Shown one piece after another: positions 19,239-31,103 of a DNA stretch of 64,000 nucleotides; positions within the stretch are counted from its first letter, which is position 1; each line of letters opens with the position of its first letter. Source of the stretch: an uncultured virus (IMG/VR IMGVR_UViG_3300028888_002345) (taxonomy: Duplodnaviria; Heunggongvirae; Uroviricota; Caudoviricetes); IMG/VR virus record IMGVR_UViG_3300028888_002345. One strand, 5' to 3'. The position numbers were made by a program, and so were the translations under genes. Below the pieces are notes generated by a model. It saw only the letters and a program-made list of their open reading frames with translations. It searched no databases and was not told the DNA's origin.

Positions 19239-19741
19239 TTAGACCAGGTATTTTATACGTTATATGTGGAACCCCTGGGAGTGGAAAATCAACCTTTTTA
19301 AAAGAAATTGCAAATGATAATGAAAAAATCATTTCAAGGGATGAAATTAGATTTTCTCTTCTTAAGCCTGGAGAAGATTATTTTTCACATGAAAAACAGG
19401 TTTATACAAACTTTCTTAATGCTATTGCATTAAATATTAAAAATGGAGTTAATGTATATGCAGATGCAACTCATTTAAATGAAAAAAGTAGATTTAAACT
19501 TTTACATGGTTTACACAATAAAGGATGTCGCCCTACTGAAATTAATGCTATTTATTTTAATGTTCCAGTTAATACTTGCTTAGAAAGAAATGAGTATCGG
19601 AAAGAAACAAAAGCATATGTTCCAAGAGAAGAAGTAATGAAAATGTATGGAGCTTATGTTTTTCCTCATAAATATGAAGGCTTTAATTATATATGGGAAG
19701 TGAATGAAGAGGGAGACGTGGAATTAATGGAGGGAGAATAA
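19235..19741 (+). CDS. Polynucleotide kinase-like P-loop protein
   Basis: GTPGSGKST, SRDEIR, DATHL, CLERN. Confidence 0.85.
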   Translation: MIRPGILYVICGTPGSGKSTFLKEIANDNEKIISRDEIRFSLLKPGEDYFSHEKQVYTNFLNAIALNIKNGVNVYADATHLNEKSRFKLLHGLHNKGCRPTEINAIYFNVPVNTCLERNEYRKETKAYVPREEVMKMYGAYVFPHKYEGFNYIWEVNEEGDVELMEGE

Positions 19742-20292
19742 TGATTTGGTTTACAAGTGATTGGCATATTGGTCATAATAAAGAATTCCTTTATGGTAAA
19801 AGAGGTTTCTCATCCATTGAAGAACATGATAAAGAAATTCTTAAAAGATGTAATGAAGTTGTAGGAATTGGAGATGAACTCTGGATTCTTGGAGACCTTG
19901 CTATGGGTGGAGATGAATACGAATGGAGCAGTGTTTATAAATCTCTTGTTTGTCGAAATGTTCATTTTATCCAAGGGAATCATGATACAGATAGAAAAAT
20001 GGATATTTATGAAGATGAATATAATTTTACTTTTCATGGATATGCAGATATGATAAAATATTCAAAAAAGAAAAGATTTTATCTTTGCCATTATCCCACT
20101 ATTTGTTCTCCTAATCATAGTGATAAAATTCCTATTGTATGTCTATATGGTCATACTCATCAAACTACTAATTTTTATGAAGATAATCCATATGTATATC
20201 ATGTAGGAGTAGATTCGCATAATTGCTATCCAGTATCTATTGAACAAGTAATTAAAGACATTGAAAAGGAAGTCGCTAAATATGAAAAATAA
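19741..20292 (+). CDS. Calcineurin-like metallophosphoesterase
   Basis: SDWH, LGD, GNHD, GHTH. Confidence 0.9.
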   Translation: MIWFTSDWHIGHNKEFLYGKRGFSSIEEHDKEILKRCNEVVGIGDELWILGDLAMGGDEYEWSSVYKSLVCRNVHFIQGNHDTDRKMDIYEDEYNFTFHGYADMIKYSKKKRFYLCHYPTICSPNHSDKIPIVCLYGHTHQTTNFYEDNPYVYHVGVDSHNCYPVSIEQVIKDIEKEVAKYEK

Positions 20293-20692
20293 AATTATTA
20301 ATTCTACTATTAATAAAGAAACTGGAATTTGTACTGTAACAATTCAAAATAAATATGGACAGTTTACTGGAACAGCAAAATGCTGTCCTGAAGATATTAA
20401 TGAATTTTCTATGTACGCGGGAGCCAGGTATGCGGAGATTAGAGCGGCCGCCGCGTTTGCAAAGGAACGACTAAAAGAAGAAAAAATTAAACTTAAAACT
20501 ATTCAGAATCTTAAAAAAGACTTTGAATATAACAATATTTCTCTTTTAAAAAGAGAACAGCATTTTATTAATCTTAAACTTAGAGATTATACTCAATCTA
20601 TCTCTGATTGGGAAAATTTATATACATATCTCTCCCATGCAGTAAAAGAACAGGACGAAGAACGTCAAAAAGTTTTATCAAGGACTAAATAA
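20282..20692 (+). CDS. Hypothetical protein
   Basis: Open frame; ATG at 20282 overlaps the upstream gene. Confidence 0.7.
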   Translation: MKNKIINSTINKETGICTVTIQNKYGQFTGTAKCCPEDINEFSMYAGARYAEIRAAAAFAKERLKEEKIKLKTIQNLKKDFEYNNISLLKREQHFINLKLRDYTQSISDWENLYTYLSHAVKEQDEERQKVLSRTK

Positions 20693-20750
20693 ATTAAATT
20701 ATCTTCCTCCATTTTTAATTATTTTTGATAATTAAAATGGAGGCTATTTT

Positions 20751-20996
20751 ATGTTAATTTATTTTATATTAGGAATTTTGCTTATTTCAGTAATTTTACC
20801 TATTACTAATTTTTTTCAATCATTTTTATAGATTTTTATTGAATATATAACATATACATATGCTTATAAAATATATAAAATAAAAGAAAAAATGAAAGAA
20901 AATGATTAGGAAGAAGAAGATAAAAATCCAATAGGTTTCCATACAGAAGCTATAGGATTTTCTGTTCCAGATATAGAATAGGAGGAATAGTATTAA
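20751..20996 (+). CDS. Small membrane protein with acidic tail (4 TAG)
   Basis: GGAGG RBS; ND*EEED and DIE*EE*Y; TAATG coupling to the next gene. Confidence 0.7.
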
Positions 20997-22240
20997 TGAA
21001 GTATTTTTTTGATACTAATATTTTATTACATGAAAATAAGCAATTCTTTTAGTCATTATCTTAGAAATTTTATATTTCAACAGTTACCTTAGAAGAATTA
21101 GAAAATATAAAAACTGCTTTAAATAAAGATAATGAAATAAAATATAAAGCACGAAAAATGGCACATTGGTTAATTTAGAATCAAGATAAATATATTCCTA
21201 TTCTTTATAATTAGAAATTTAAAAATTATATTTTTACTAATTTAAATTCAAATGATGAAAAAATAATTGCCACTGCGTCTTATATATCTAATACAAAAGA
21301 AAAGATAATCTTTGAAACTGCTGACTTAAATTGTTTTCTTATCGCTAAAGCTAATAAGTTATAGTGTAAATTAATAAATCTTTATAAGAAAAAAGAAAAA
21401 TATGACGGGTATATAAAAATTTATTGTAATTCAAATGAAGAATTAGCAGATTTTTATAATAATTATCTCTATACCGATAAAATAAAAGATTTTATTATAA
21501 ATAATCAATATATATTAGTTTATAATAAAAATAAAGAAGTAATAGATAAATATAGATATTTAAATGGTCAAATAATTCAAGTTCCTTTTACATCAGCCAA
21601 AAGTAAAATGTTTGGTAATGTAAAACCTATAGATCCATATCAAGAACTTGCTATGGACAGTTTTAAAAATAATAAAATTACATTAATAAAAGGACCAGCT
21701 GGCACAGGGAAATCTCTTCTTTCTCTGGCTTTTTTATTTAAAGCTTTAGAAGAAAATAAGATAGATAAAATTATTATTTTTTGTAATACTGTAGCTACCG
21801 CGGGATCAGCTAAATTAGGATTTTACCCAGGCTCCCGCACAGAAAAATTATTAGATAGTCAGATAGGTAATTTTTTAATTAGTAAAATAGGAGATCGAAT
21901 AGGAGTTTAGACTCTTATTGATAAGGGTCAATTAATTCTTCTTCCAATGTCAGATATTAGAGGTTATGATACTTCAGGTATGAAAGCTGGTATTTATATT
22001 ACATAGGCTCAAAATTTAAATATTTAGCTTATGAAACTTGCTCTTCAACGAATTGGATAGGATTCTATATGTATTCTTGATGGAGATAATGATACTCAAG
22101 TAGATTTAAATATTTATTCTGGAGAAAATAATGGATTAAAAAGGGTATCAGAAGTCTTTAGGGGATAGGATTTTTATGGTGAAATACTTTTACAAACTAT
22201 TCATAGAAGCAAAATTGCAGAAATAGCAAGTAAAATGTAA
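20996..22240 (+). CDS. phoH: PIN-PhoH fusion (PhoH2-like) ATPase (10 TAG)
   Basis: FDTNILL PIN motif; GPAGTGKS; LGFYPG; IRG; IYIT*AQN; RIG*DS; DGD..QVD. Confidence 0.88.
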
Positions 22241-22305
22241 TATAAGATAGGAGGCATGTATCGCAGATACGTGCCTTTTATTTTACTAAGAGAAAGGTTA
22301 TAATT

Positions 22306-22722
22306 ATGAACAAAATAAAAAAAATATATATATAGAAAAAGCTTAAAAATTGGGAAAAAGATAAAAATCTTTTAACCCAAATACAAGAAATGAAAGAAGA
22401 AAAAAATACTCTTTTAAAAAAAGAAGAAAAAAGGAAACTTACTACTACAAAGAGATTAACATTTTTTCTTTTTATTAATTGTACTTTAATTTAGATTTTC
22501 ACCTTATATGTTCTTTTAAAACAATTAAACATGGGAATGGAAGTAGATTTAACTCCTCTTCAAATGCTTATTACTACTATTGTTGGAGAAGTAATAGTAT
22601 TTGCTATTTATTCAATAAAGTCATTAAAAGAAAATACTAAAGGTGGAATTATTTATTAGACAACTTTAAATGAACAAAATAGTTTATTAAACTATAATAA
22701 TGACTAGGAGGCAATGGGATAA
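22306..22722 (+). CDS. Membrane protein in the lysis operon (4 TAG)
   Basis: Two hydrophobic segments; KENTKGGIIY*T; TAATG coupling. Confidence 0.75.
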
Positions 22723-23084
22723 TGAATTTTATTATTGAAAATTGGTATATGATACTTATTGCTGCTATTATTGTTGCAGTAGCAATATATATGGTAAAAG
22801 TATTTTTTCAAATGCCGAGAAAGGATCAAATAGCTAAAATACAAGAATGGTTATTATATGCAGTTACTTAGGCAGAGAAAGAATTTGGTAGTGGGACAGG
22901 ACAATTAAAACTTCGTTATGTATACGATAGTTTTATAGCTCGTTTTCCAAGCGTTGCTAAAATAATTACTTTTGAAGCTTTTAGTTTATTAGTAGATAAT
23001 GCATTAGAAAAATTTAATTCTATATTAAGTTCTAATGTACAGTTACAAAATTATATATCAGGAGAAATAAAATAGCATGAGTAA
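22722..23084 (+). CDS. Holin-like protein (2 TAG)
   Basis: N-terminal TM; EWLLYAVT*AEKEFGSGTGQLKLRYVYD. Confidence 0.75.
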
Positions 23085-24855
23085 TATAACTACAAATTCA
23101 AATCGAGAAAAGATTTGGGATGCTTTAATATTAGCTGGTTTAACTCCTCAAGGGGCAGCTGGAGTTATGGGTAATTTACAAGCAGAAAGTGTAGGATGCT
23201 TACCTTCTAGAGTAGAAGCTCTTTTAATTCAAAGATATAAAGAATAGGGTTTTCATTCCTGGCCTTATGGTTTATATGATTAGAAAACTAGTGAATTATA
23301 TACAAAAGAAATAGATAACGGAACTATTACAAAAGAAGAATTTCTTAGTCCAAGACAATATACTGGTAAAAAACATCAGTATGGTTATGGACTAGCACAA
23401 TGGACGACAAAAGAAAGAAAAGAAAAACTATGGAATTTTACTAGAGATAAAGGTAAATCAATAGCAGATATACAAGGACAAATAGATTTTCTTGTTTATT
23501 AGTTAAAAAATATATCTTCTTCAATTTGGTCTATTGTTTCTACTACTAATTCTATTAATGAAGCCAGTGATATTATTTTAACTAAATTCGAAGCCCCTGC
23601 CAATGCTAATAAATTAAAAGCCACTAGAAGATAGTATTCTAAAGAATATTATAATTTATATAAAAATAGAAAAGTAATATAGAGTAAAAAGGAGGAAAAA
23701 ATGGCAAAATAGAGAAAAATTACTGTAGATGAGGTTCTTGAACGTGCTGCTGCCTATGTTGGCTATGAAGAAAAAAAGAGTAATAATAATTTAGAAGATT
23801 TTCATGCTAATAAAGGTTCTAGTAATTATCAAAAATTTCAACCCTTAGCAAATGCCGGTAATGGAAATGAATGGTGCCAATTTTTTATAGATGGAATATT
23901 TGTAGAACAAACAGGAAGTCGTAAAAATGCTCAATTAATGCTTTGCATGGATACAAAAGAATCTTCTATGACAGGATATACTCCACAAGGTAAAGCTTAT
24001 TTTGTACAAGCCAAACGTTGGTATACTACCCCTCAACGAGGAGATATTATTTATTTTTACTCTAGTAATAAAGGTAGAGTAGGACATACTGGAATTGTTG
24101 AAAGAGTAGATAGTTCTAAAAAAATGGTTTATACAATAGAAGGAAATACTAGAGTTGATACATATGCTGAAAATGGTGGTTGTGTAGCAAGACATTCTTA
24201 TAGCTATGCTTCTATTGGAGGAACTAATAGAGTAAATGGTTTTGGTAGACCAAGATATAATGATCTTATAGTAACAACTTAGGCAAAACCAATGCCTTCT
24301 AATCAAGAAAAATCTTCTTCTAATTCTAATTCTACTATTTTATCAAAAGGCTCTAAAGGATAGAGTGTTAAAACTTTACAAACAATGTTAAATACATGCG
24401 GATATAATTGTGGTGAAATTGATGGTGACTTTGGGATAAAAACAGATACTGCTTTAAAAGCTTTTCAAAAAGCAAATAAACTTGAAGTTGATGGTCAATA
24501 TGGACCAAAAAGTAAAGAAGCCTTAGAGAAAATATATAAATAGAAAATCGCGGCGGCCGATCCAAAGATCCCTGAATCTAATTCAAAAAAACTTTAGATT
24601 AATACCACAGGGATATATAGTTAGACACCTAAAGCAGTAGGTAAAATTACTACTTACTTAAATATTAGAAAAGGACCAGATGCAAAATATCCTAATTTAA
24701 CTTCTTATCCTACTTTAAAACAAGGAACTAAAGTAGAAATATGCGATATGATAGAAAACAAAGAAACTCATAAAATCTGGTATTTTATTAAAATTACTGG
24801 AGAAAAGGGTAGCAAATTTGGTTTTGCTAATGCAAATTATATTAATATTATTTAA
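23077..24855 (+). CDS. Modular endolysin: phage-tail lysozyme + CHAP + peptidoglycan-binding + SH3 (11 TAG)
   Basis: GAAGVMGNLQAES, GYGLAQWT; WCQ/GHTGIV/IEGNT; KGSKG*SVKTLQ..DGDFG; LNIRKGP. Confidence 0.85.
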
Positions 24856-24861
24856 TCATTA

Positions 24862-24894
24862 TGGGAAGCAAATTTTGCTTCCCTATTTTTTTTA
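24862..24894 (+). terminator. Intrinsic terminator
   Basis: GGGAAGCAA/TTGCTTCCC followed by a T tract. Confidence 0.8.
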
Positions 24895-24983
24895 TGTATA
24901 AAAGTTCATAGACAAGTAATAATAATTTGAAATTTAAGAAAATTTATTGTATAATATAATAGAAAAATAAAAAGGAGATTTTT

Positions 24984-25199
24984 ATGAAAGATTATTTTGT
25001 CTTAACTTTTTCTAGAGGATGCGATGTAGAAACCGCCTCTAATGCAGTTAAAATGTTACAAAATGCTTTTCCAGATAAATGTATTATTGGATTACCTGAA
25101 ACGATAAACTTTCGAGATTATACTAAAAAAGAATTGATTAATTTATTAGAATCTTATTCATATTATATGAAAGGACTTATAGATGGGAAAAATTTATGA
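24984..25199 (+). CDS. Hypothetical protein
   Basis: RBS; promoter at 24927-24955. Confidence 0.7.
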   Translation: MKDYFVLTFSRGCDVETASNAVKMLQNAFPDKCIIGLPETINFRDYTKKELINLLESYSYYMKGLIDGKNL

Positions 25200-27102
25200 T
25201 AAAAACTCAATTGAGTCGCTTTCTCCGTTAGAGTTTACAAGATTAAAACCAGGAGTGTATGCAGGTGATACAACCTATTCTACTCAGCTTTTAGTAGAAA
25301 TACTTTCAAACTCTATTGATGAATTTCGACTTGGACATGGTAATGAAATAGATATAAAAATTGATAAAGATATTATTTATGTTCGAGATTATGGTCAAGG
25401 TTTTCTTGTTAATGAAATGAGAGAAGATGGAAAAACTGTTTTTGAAGCAGCTTTTTCTGTTTTAAATACTTCTGGTAAATATAGAGAAGATGGTACTTAT
25501 GAAGGAACAAGTCTTGGTTCTTTTGGTATTGGTAGTAAAATAACTACTTTTCTTTCTCATCATCTTGAAGCTGAAACATGGAGAGATGGAGAAACAGAAT
25601 GTATTTATTTTAATGAAGGTGTTTTTGTAAATAGAAGTGTTTCTAAATCTAAAGAACCAAATGGAACATATGTAAGATGGCAACCTTCAGAAGAATTTTT
25701 TACTCATACAGAAGTAGAGATTGATAAGGTTAAAAAACTTTGTCAAACTATTGTTTGTCTTTGCCCGGGATTAACTATTAATCTTTATATTACAGATTTA
25801 GACAAAGATGGTATAAAAATTGAAAAATATATTCGATATAATTCTGAAAATGGCATTGATGACCTTGTAGACCTTGCAGTAAAAGATACGGAACTTATTA
25901 AAAATCGTTTTCATATGAATTATGAAAAAGGTAAAAATAAGATGGATATGGTATTTACATATACTTCTAATTATTCATCTACTATTGTTCCGTATGTAAA
26001 TACAGGTCTTACAGATTCCGGTCAGCATATCACTCAAATTAAAACTACCATTACTAGAGTATTTAATAAGTTCTTTAAAGAAAAAGGTTGGATTAAAGAA
26101 AAAGATGAAAATCTTACTGGTGATGATATTCAAGAAGGAATGTATGTAGTATTTAATATTACAGCGCCGAATGTAGCTTATGATGCTCAGGTCAAGAGTA
26201 GAATAACTAAAATTGATATGTCACCTTTTACTGAAGCTTTTGCTGAAGAACTTGAGTATTGGCTGTATAATAATGAGAAAGATGTAAAAGGAATTGCTGA
26301 TAAAGCAATCAATGCAAAGAAAGCGCGGGAAGCGGCTAAACGGGCACGTGAAGCTGCTAGAGGGCAAGCTAAGAAAAAAGAAAAGGTTATTAAATTTGAT
26401 ACTAAACTTGCTGATTGCTATAGCAAGGATCGTTTAAATTGTGAAATATATATTACAGAAGGTGATTCTGCTTCTGCGAATCTTAAAACCGCACGAGATA
26501 ATGAATTTCAAGCAGTTATGCCAGTAAGAGGTAAAATTCTTAATACTCAAAAAGCTACATTAGATAAAATCCAAAAGAACGCTGAGATTATGAATATGAT
26601 CGATGCATTTGGATTAAAGATTGATACGAAATCAATGAAGGTTACATATGACCGTGATGACATTAGATATGGTAAAATTATTATTATGTCTGATGCAGAC
26701 GTTGACGGAGCACATATTAAGAACCTTTTTTATACTTTTATCTGGAACTTTTGTCCTGAGTTAATCATTGATGGATTTGTATATGCTGGTGTACCACCAT
26801 TATATAAGATTACTACATCTAAGGGATATAAATATCTTAAAAATAATGAGGAACTGATGTTATACAGACAACAAAATATCGGTAAAAAATATACTGTCAA
26901 TCGAATGAAAGGTTTAGGTGAGATGTCTGTTGAAGAAACAGAAGAAACTCTTACCGATCCAAACAATCGTATTTTACGAAAAGTAACGGTTAATGATATA
27001 CCGGCCGCGAACAAATTATTTGATGACTTAATGGGTTCACTTGTTAATCCAAGAAAAGAATATATTAAACTTCATTCAAAAGAGGCTACTTATGCAATAT
27101 AA
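25183..27102 (+). CDS. gyrB: Type IIA topoisomerase B subunit (GyrB/ParE-like)
   Basis: EILSNSIDE, DYGQG, EGDSA, PVRGKILN, DADVDG, KGLGEM. Confidence 0.92.
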   Translation: MGKIYDKNSIESLSPLEFTRLKPGVYAGDTTYSTQLLVEILSNSIDEFRLGHGNEIDIKIDKDIIYVRDYGQGFLVNEMREDGKTVFEAAFSVLNTSGKYREDGTYEGTSLGSFGIGSKITTFLSHHLEAETWRDGETECIYFNEGVFVNRSVSKSKEPNGTYVRWQPSEEFFTHTEVEIDKVKKLCQTIVCLCPGLTINLYITDLDKDGIKIEKYIRYNSENGIDDLVDLAVKDTELIKNRFHMNYEKGKNKMDMVFTYTSNYSSTIVPYVNTGLTDSGQHITQIKTTITRVFNKFFKEKGWIKEKDENLTGDDIQEGMYVVFNITAPNVAYDAQVKSRITKIDMSPFTEAFAEELEYWLYNNEKDVKGIADKAINAKKAREAAKRAREAARGQAKKKEKVIKFDTKLADCYSKDRLNCEIYITEGDSASANLKTARDNEFQAVMPVRGKILNTQKATLDKIQKNAEIMNMIDAFGLKIDTKSMKVTYDRDDIRYGKIIIMSDADVDGAHIKNLFYTFIWNFCPELIIDGFVYAGVPPLYKITTSKGYKYLKNNEELMLYRQQNIGKKYTVNRMKGLGEMSVEETEETLTDPNNRILRKVTVNDIPAANKLFDDLMGSLVNPRKEYIKLHSKEATYAI

Positions 27103-27316
27103 AAGATTAACTACTATGAATCAATATGGTGATATTCTTTATATAGGTAATTTTAAAAAGAATGATTATCGTAATATGGGAGATTATCCTGAATCAATAG
27201 TTCATTCAATAGATGATGCTTATAAAGAAAAAGTAATAAATGAAATTATAAGTAGATTATATTATTTTGAAGAAAGTTTAGAAGATATAATAGAGAATTT
27301 AAATATAGAAAAATAA
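27092..27316 (+). CDS. Hypothetical protein
   Basis: GAGG RBS, ATG 27092. Confidence 0.55.
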   Translation: MQYKRLTTMNQYGDILYIGNFKKNDYRNMGDYPESIVHSIDDAYKEKVINEIISRLYYFEESLEDIIENLNIEK

Positions 27317-27336
27317 ACATTCATAGGAGGCTCCAT

Positions 27337-27585
27337 ATGCAATTTAAAGTTAAATTAAATTTAATAAAAGACATTCCTAATATTAAACTTTCAACTTTAA
27401 AATCAATTATAAACGCTCCTGTTCTAAAAGATGGTAAAGTTGTTGGCACAATACTTGATTATAATTTAACAACAGATGAAGTTATAGGTTAGCTTTTTAA
27501 TAATAAATGGATTACAAATTTTAATCAAGAAGTTAATACAATAATAGATATAGAAATAAAGGAATAGAATAATGCAAACCTCTGA
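27337..27585 (+). CDS. Hypothetical protein (2 TAG)
   Basis: AGGAGG RBS, ATG 27337, TGA 27585. Confidence 0.6.
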
Positions 27586-29923
27586 TTTAATACAAGAATT
27601 AGGTACAAACTTTATTGAATATGCGGCGGCGGTCAATACCGATAGAGCTATCCCTGATGCACGAGATGGCTTAAAACCTGTAGCAAAGCGTATTCTTTGG
27701 GATGCCTATACCAATAAATTCTTTTATAGTAAGCCTCATGTAAAAGCAGCTCGTATTGTTGGTGATACACTTTCCAAATGGCATCCACACGGCGACTCTT
27801 CTGTATATGGCGCTATGGTACGATTAAGCCAACCATGGGTGATGCGATACCCTCTGATTGACTGGCATGGATCAAACGGGAATATTGCAGGTGATGGACC
27901 GGCCGCCGCGCGTTATACAGAAGCAAGATTGGCTCAAATTTCAGAAGATGGATTACTCGATCATGTTAAAGAAAATAATGTAGATTTTATACCAAACTAT
28001 GATGAATCTCTTGATGAGCCTGTGTGTTTGCCATCTAGCTTCCCTAATCTTTTATGTAATCCTAATTCCGGCATTGGAGTGGCAATGGCATGCAATTGGG
28101 CACCTCATAATCTTCGTGACGTTGCATTGGCGATTTGTGATTATATGGATGGTAACGTTCCTCAGTTACCAGGTCCTGACTTTCCTACCGGAGGAGTAAT
28201 TATTAATGGAAAAGACATTCCTAAAATTTATGAAACTGGTCATGGTACAGTAAAGATTAGAGCGAGGTATAAAGTAGATGGACAAAAACTTATCTTTACA
28301 GAAGTCCCTTATGGAGAAACTATCGAAGGACTCCTCCAAGAATTGGGAGAAGTTTGTGAGAAACAAGAAATCCAAGGAATCCGAGATGCGCATGATGAAT
28401 CTAATAAAAAGGGAATTAGAATTGTTATCACCTGTACAAAGGGAGTGGCTCCAGAAGCAATCGCAGAAGAAATCTATTTAAAAACAAATTTTCAAACTTC
28501 TTTTTCATTTAACCAAGTTGCTTTAGTAGATAAAACACCTACTGAATTAAATCTTACAGATTGTTGTAGAATATATATAGAACATAATAAAGAATGTCTT
28601 ATTAAAGAATTAAATTTTAATCTTCAAAAGGCAAAAGATAGACTTGAAATTGTAGAAGGTCTTTTAAAAGCACTTGAAGATATTGATAATATTATTGCTC
28701 TTATTAAAGCAAGTGAAAATAGTGCAAAAGCTAAAGAAAAATTAATTGAAAAGTATAATTTTACAGAAAATCAAGCTAAAGCTATTCTTGCTATGAAATT
28801 AAGTTCTCTCACTAAACTTGATTCTATTGAACTTAATGAAGAAAAAGAAGAATTAATAGATAAAATAGATAGAATTGTTTTAACTCTTGATTCTGAAGAT
28901 GAATTAAAACATATTATTAAACGTAGATTAGGTAAACTTGTTGAGAAATATGGTGATGAAAGAAAAACTGAAATCACTAATATCGAAATAAAAAAAGAAA
29001 TAAAAGAAAAAAAGGAAATTATTCCAGAAGATGTAGTAATAGTCCTTACTCAAGGAGGGGATATTAAACGTATACCTAAAATGAGTTTTAAAGTACAACA
29101 TAAAAATACAAAAGGAATAAGAACTTCTGAAGAAAATATTCTTACTTCTTTTGCTACTAATACTCTTGATACTGTAATGATTTTTACTTCAAAAGGTAAA
29201 ATGTATAAACTCCCTGTAGATAAGATTCCTGTAGGAGATAATAAATCAAAAGGAATTAATCTTAATACTATCTTTACTTTTGAACCTAATGAAAAACTTC
29301 AAGCTGCTATTAATCTTAAAGACGAAACTAATGCAGAATATGCAGTATTTTTTACTAAACAAGGATTAATTAAGAAAACTAAACTTGAAGAATATAAAAA
29401 TCTTAAAAAGAATTCCGGTTCTCCTGCTATTAAACTTAAAGAAGGAGATAGTTTAGCAAGTGTAACTTTTTTAAAAGATGAAGATGTTATTGTACTTACT
29501 GAAAAGGGTATATGCATTAAATTTGCAACTAAAGATATTAATCCTATTGGTAGAATTACTTCTGGAAGAAAAGCTATTAAACTTAGAGAAGATGACAATG
29601 TGTTAATAGGATTACCTATTAATAAGAAAAATGAAGAAAAAATATTAATTGCTGGCTCAAAAGAAGGTAATATAGTTAAAATTCCTATTGAAGAATTTTC
29701 TAAACAATCTTTAAATGGAAAAGGTGTTAAATATATGAAACTCGCGGCCGCCGATATAGTAATTAATGGCATCATTTGTACTAACGATGACAATTTATTA
29801 ATTATTGGTACTAAGTATAGTAAAGCAGTAAGTGTATCGGAAATTACACAAACTTCCCGTGATAGCACCGGCCGCGCGATCACCAAAGATGGAGAATTAA
29901 TTAAGAATATTGTGAAGTTCTAA
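27572..29923 (+). CDS. gyrA: Type IIA topoisomerase A subunit (GyrA/ParC-like)
   Basis: DGLKPV, HPHGDSS, AAARYTE, GPDFPTGG, C-terminal pinwheel repeats. Confidence 0.92.
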   Translation: MQTSDLIQELGTNFIEYAAAVNTDRAIPDARDGLKPVAKRILWDAYTNKFFYSKPHVKAARIVGDTLSKWHPHGDSSVYGAMVRLSQPWVMRYPLIDWHGSNGNIAGDGPAAARYTEARLAQISEDGLLDHVKENNVDFIPNYDESLDEPVCLPSSFPNLLCNPNSGIGVAMACNWAPHNLRDVALAICDYMDGNVPQLPGPDFPTGGVIINGKDIPKIYETGHGTVKIRARYKVDGQKLIFTEVPYGETIEGLLQELGEVCEKQEIQGIRDAHDESNKKGIRIVITCTKGVAPEAIAEEIYLKTNFQTSFSFNQVALVDKTPTELNLTDCCRIYIEHNKECLIKELNFNLQKAKDRLEIVEGLLKALEDIDNIIALIKASENSAKAKEKLIEKYNFTENQAKAILAMKLSSLTKLDSIELNEEKEELIDKIDRIVLTLDSEDELKHIIKRRLGKLVEKYGDERKTEITNIEIKKEIKEKKEIIPEDVVIVLTQGGDIKRIPKMSFKVQHKNTKGIRTSEENILTSFATNTLDTVMIFTSKGKMYKLPVDKIPVGDNKSKGINLNTIFTFEPNEKLQAAINLKDETNAEYAVFFTKQGLIKKTKLEEYKNLKKNSGSPAIKLKEGDSLASVTFLKDEDVIVLTEKGICIKFATKDINPIGRITSGRKAIKLREDDNVLIGLPINKKNEEKILIAGSKEGNIVKIPIEEFSKQSLNGKGVKYMKLAAADIVINGIICTNDDNLLIIGTKYSKAVSVSEITQTSRDSTGRAITKDGELIKNIVKF

Positions 29924-29992
29924 GGAACTTCACTTTATTTTCTTAAAAATTTATGTTACAATATTATTATAAAAAGAAAAGGAGATAATATT

Positions 29993-30256
29993 ATGAATGA
30001 AAAATGGCTTATTCGTCTCAAGGATTGCAATAATTTTAATATGATTGCTGCTTATTATACTGAAAATCCTTCTGAAAATCTTAAAACTTTTTATTTTTGT
30101 AAAGAACATGATATAAGTATTAAGATTCCTCATGATTTAGATAAAAGAGATAAATACTCTGAAACAGAAGGCGGAAGTATTTGTGAAATTGAAGTAGGGT
30201 TTGGGAATAAAGAATCTTATAGTTATATTGATGTTTGGCTGGAGAATATTTATTAA
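29993..30256 (+). CDS. Hypothetical protein
   Basis: RBS and open frame. Confidence 0.65.
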   Translation: MNEKWLIRLKDCNNFNMIAAYYTENPSENLKTFYFCKEHDISIKIPHDLDKRDKYSETEGGSICEIEVGFGNKESYSYIDVWLENIY

Positions 30257-30873
30257 TGATTAAATCACTTTATCCATGTTTTCAACACTGGTCTGAATTA
30301 GGAGCAGTTTATTTAGTTTCCGATACACATTTTAGAGATTTAGATAGAGAATATATGGGGTATCATATCTCTAATGAAGACCAGTGGTTTATTATAAATG
30401 ACACTTGTCATCGTTTTGATACTCTTGTTCATCTTGGCGATGTTGGAGATTTAGAATATATTAAACGCCTTAGATGTCATAAAGTTCTTATTATGGGTAA
30501 TCATGACCAGTCTATTGAAAAAATGCAAGAAGTTTTTGATGAAGTGTATTCAGGTCCACTCTGGATAAGTCAAAAACTTATTCTTTCTCATGAGCCTGTT
30601 GTTATTGAAGATTCTCATTTTTCTATGCCTATTGCTTTTAATATTCATGGTCATGACCATGGAGGAAATTTTTGGGATGATGAATATCATTTAAATATTT
30701 GTCAAAATCTTTTTGGATATACTCCTTTAAATTTAAACCAATTTATAAAAGGCGGATATTTAAAAAGAGTAAAAGATATTCATACTCTTGCTAAAGAAAA
30801 TGCAATAGCAGAAAAAGAAACTAGAGAAATATTACATGAATGGTATACTGATACCGGAGTAGAAAATATATGA
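30256..30873 (+). CDS. Metallophosphoesterase
   Basis: SDTH, LGD, GNHD, HGHDH. Confidence 0.85.
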   Translation: MIKSLYPCFQHWSELGAVYLVSDTHFRDLDREYMGYHISNEDQWFIINDTCHRFDTLVHLGDVGDLEYIKRLRCHKVLIMGNHDQSIEKMQEVFDEVYSGPLWISQKLILSHEPVVIEDSHFSMPIAFNIHGHDHGGNFWDDEYHLNICQNLFGYTPLNLNQFIKGGYLKRVKDIHTLAKENAIAEKETREILHEWYTDTGVENI

Positions 30874-31103
30874 TAAAAATACCTTGTAAAGTAAATAATA
30901 AATTTGGTTATAATTTTCTTCACTTTGGTGTAGATTATATTATTCCTCCAGGAGAATTTCCATGGGAGTACAATGGCGAATTTCCTGTAAAAACTTATGC
31001 TTTTGTAGAAGATAAATATGGTCATATTTTAAAGATAAAACCAGAAAAAGTTAGTTTTATAAAAAGAGGAGAACGTAGAAATACGAAAATAATAGATGTT
31101 TGA
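30870..31103 (+). CDS. Hypothetical protein
   Basis: ATGA coupling. Confidence 0.6.
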   Translation: MIKIPCKVNNKFGYNFLHFGVDYIIPPGEFPWEYNGEFPVKTYAFVEDKYGHILKIKPEKVSFIKRGERRNTKIIDV

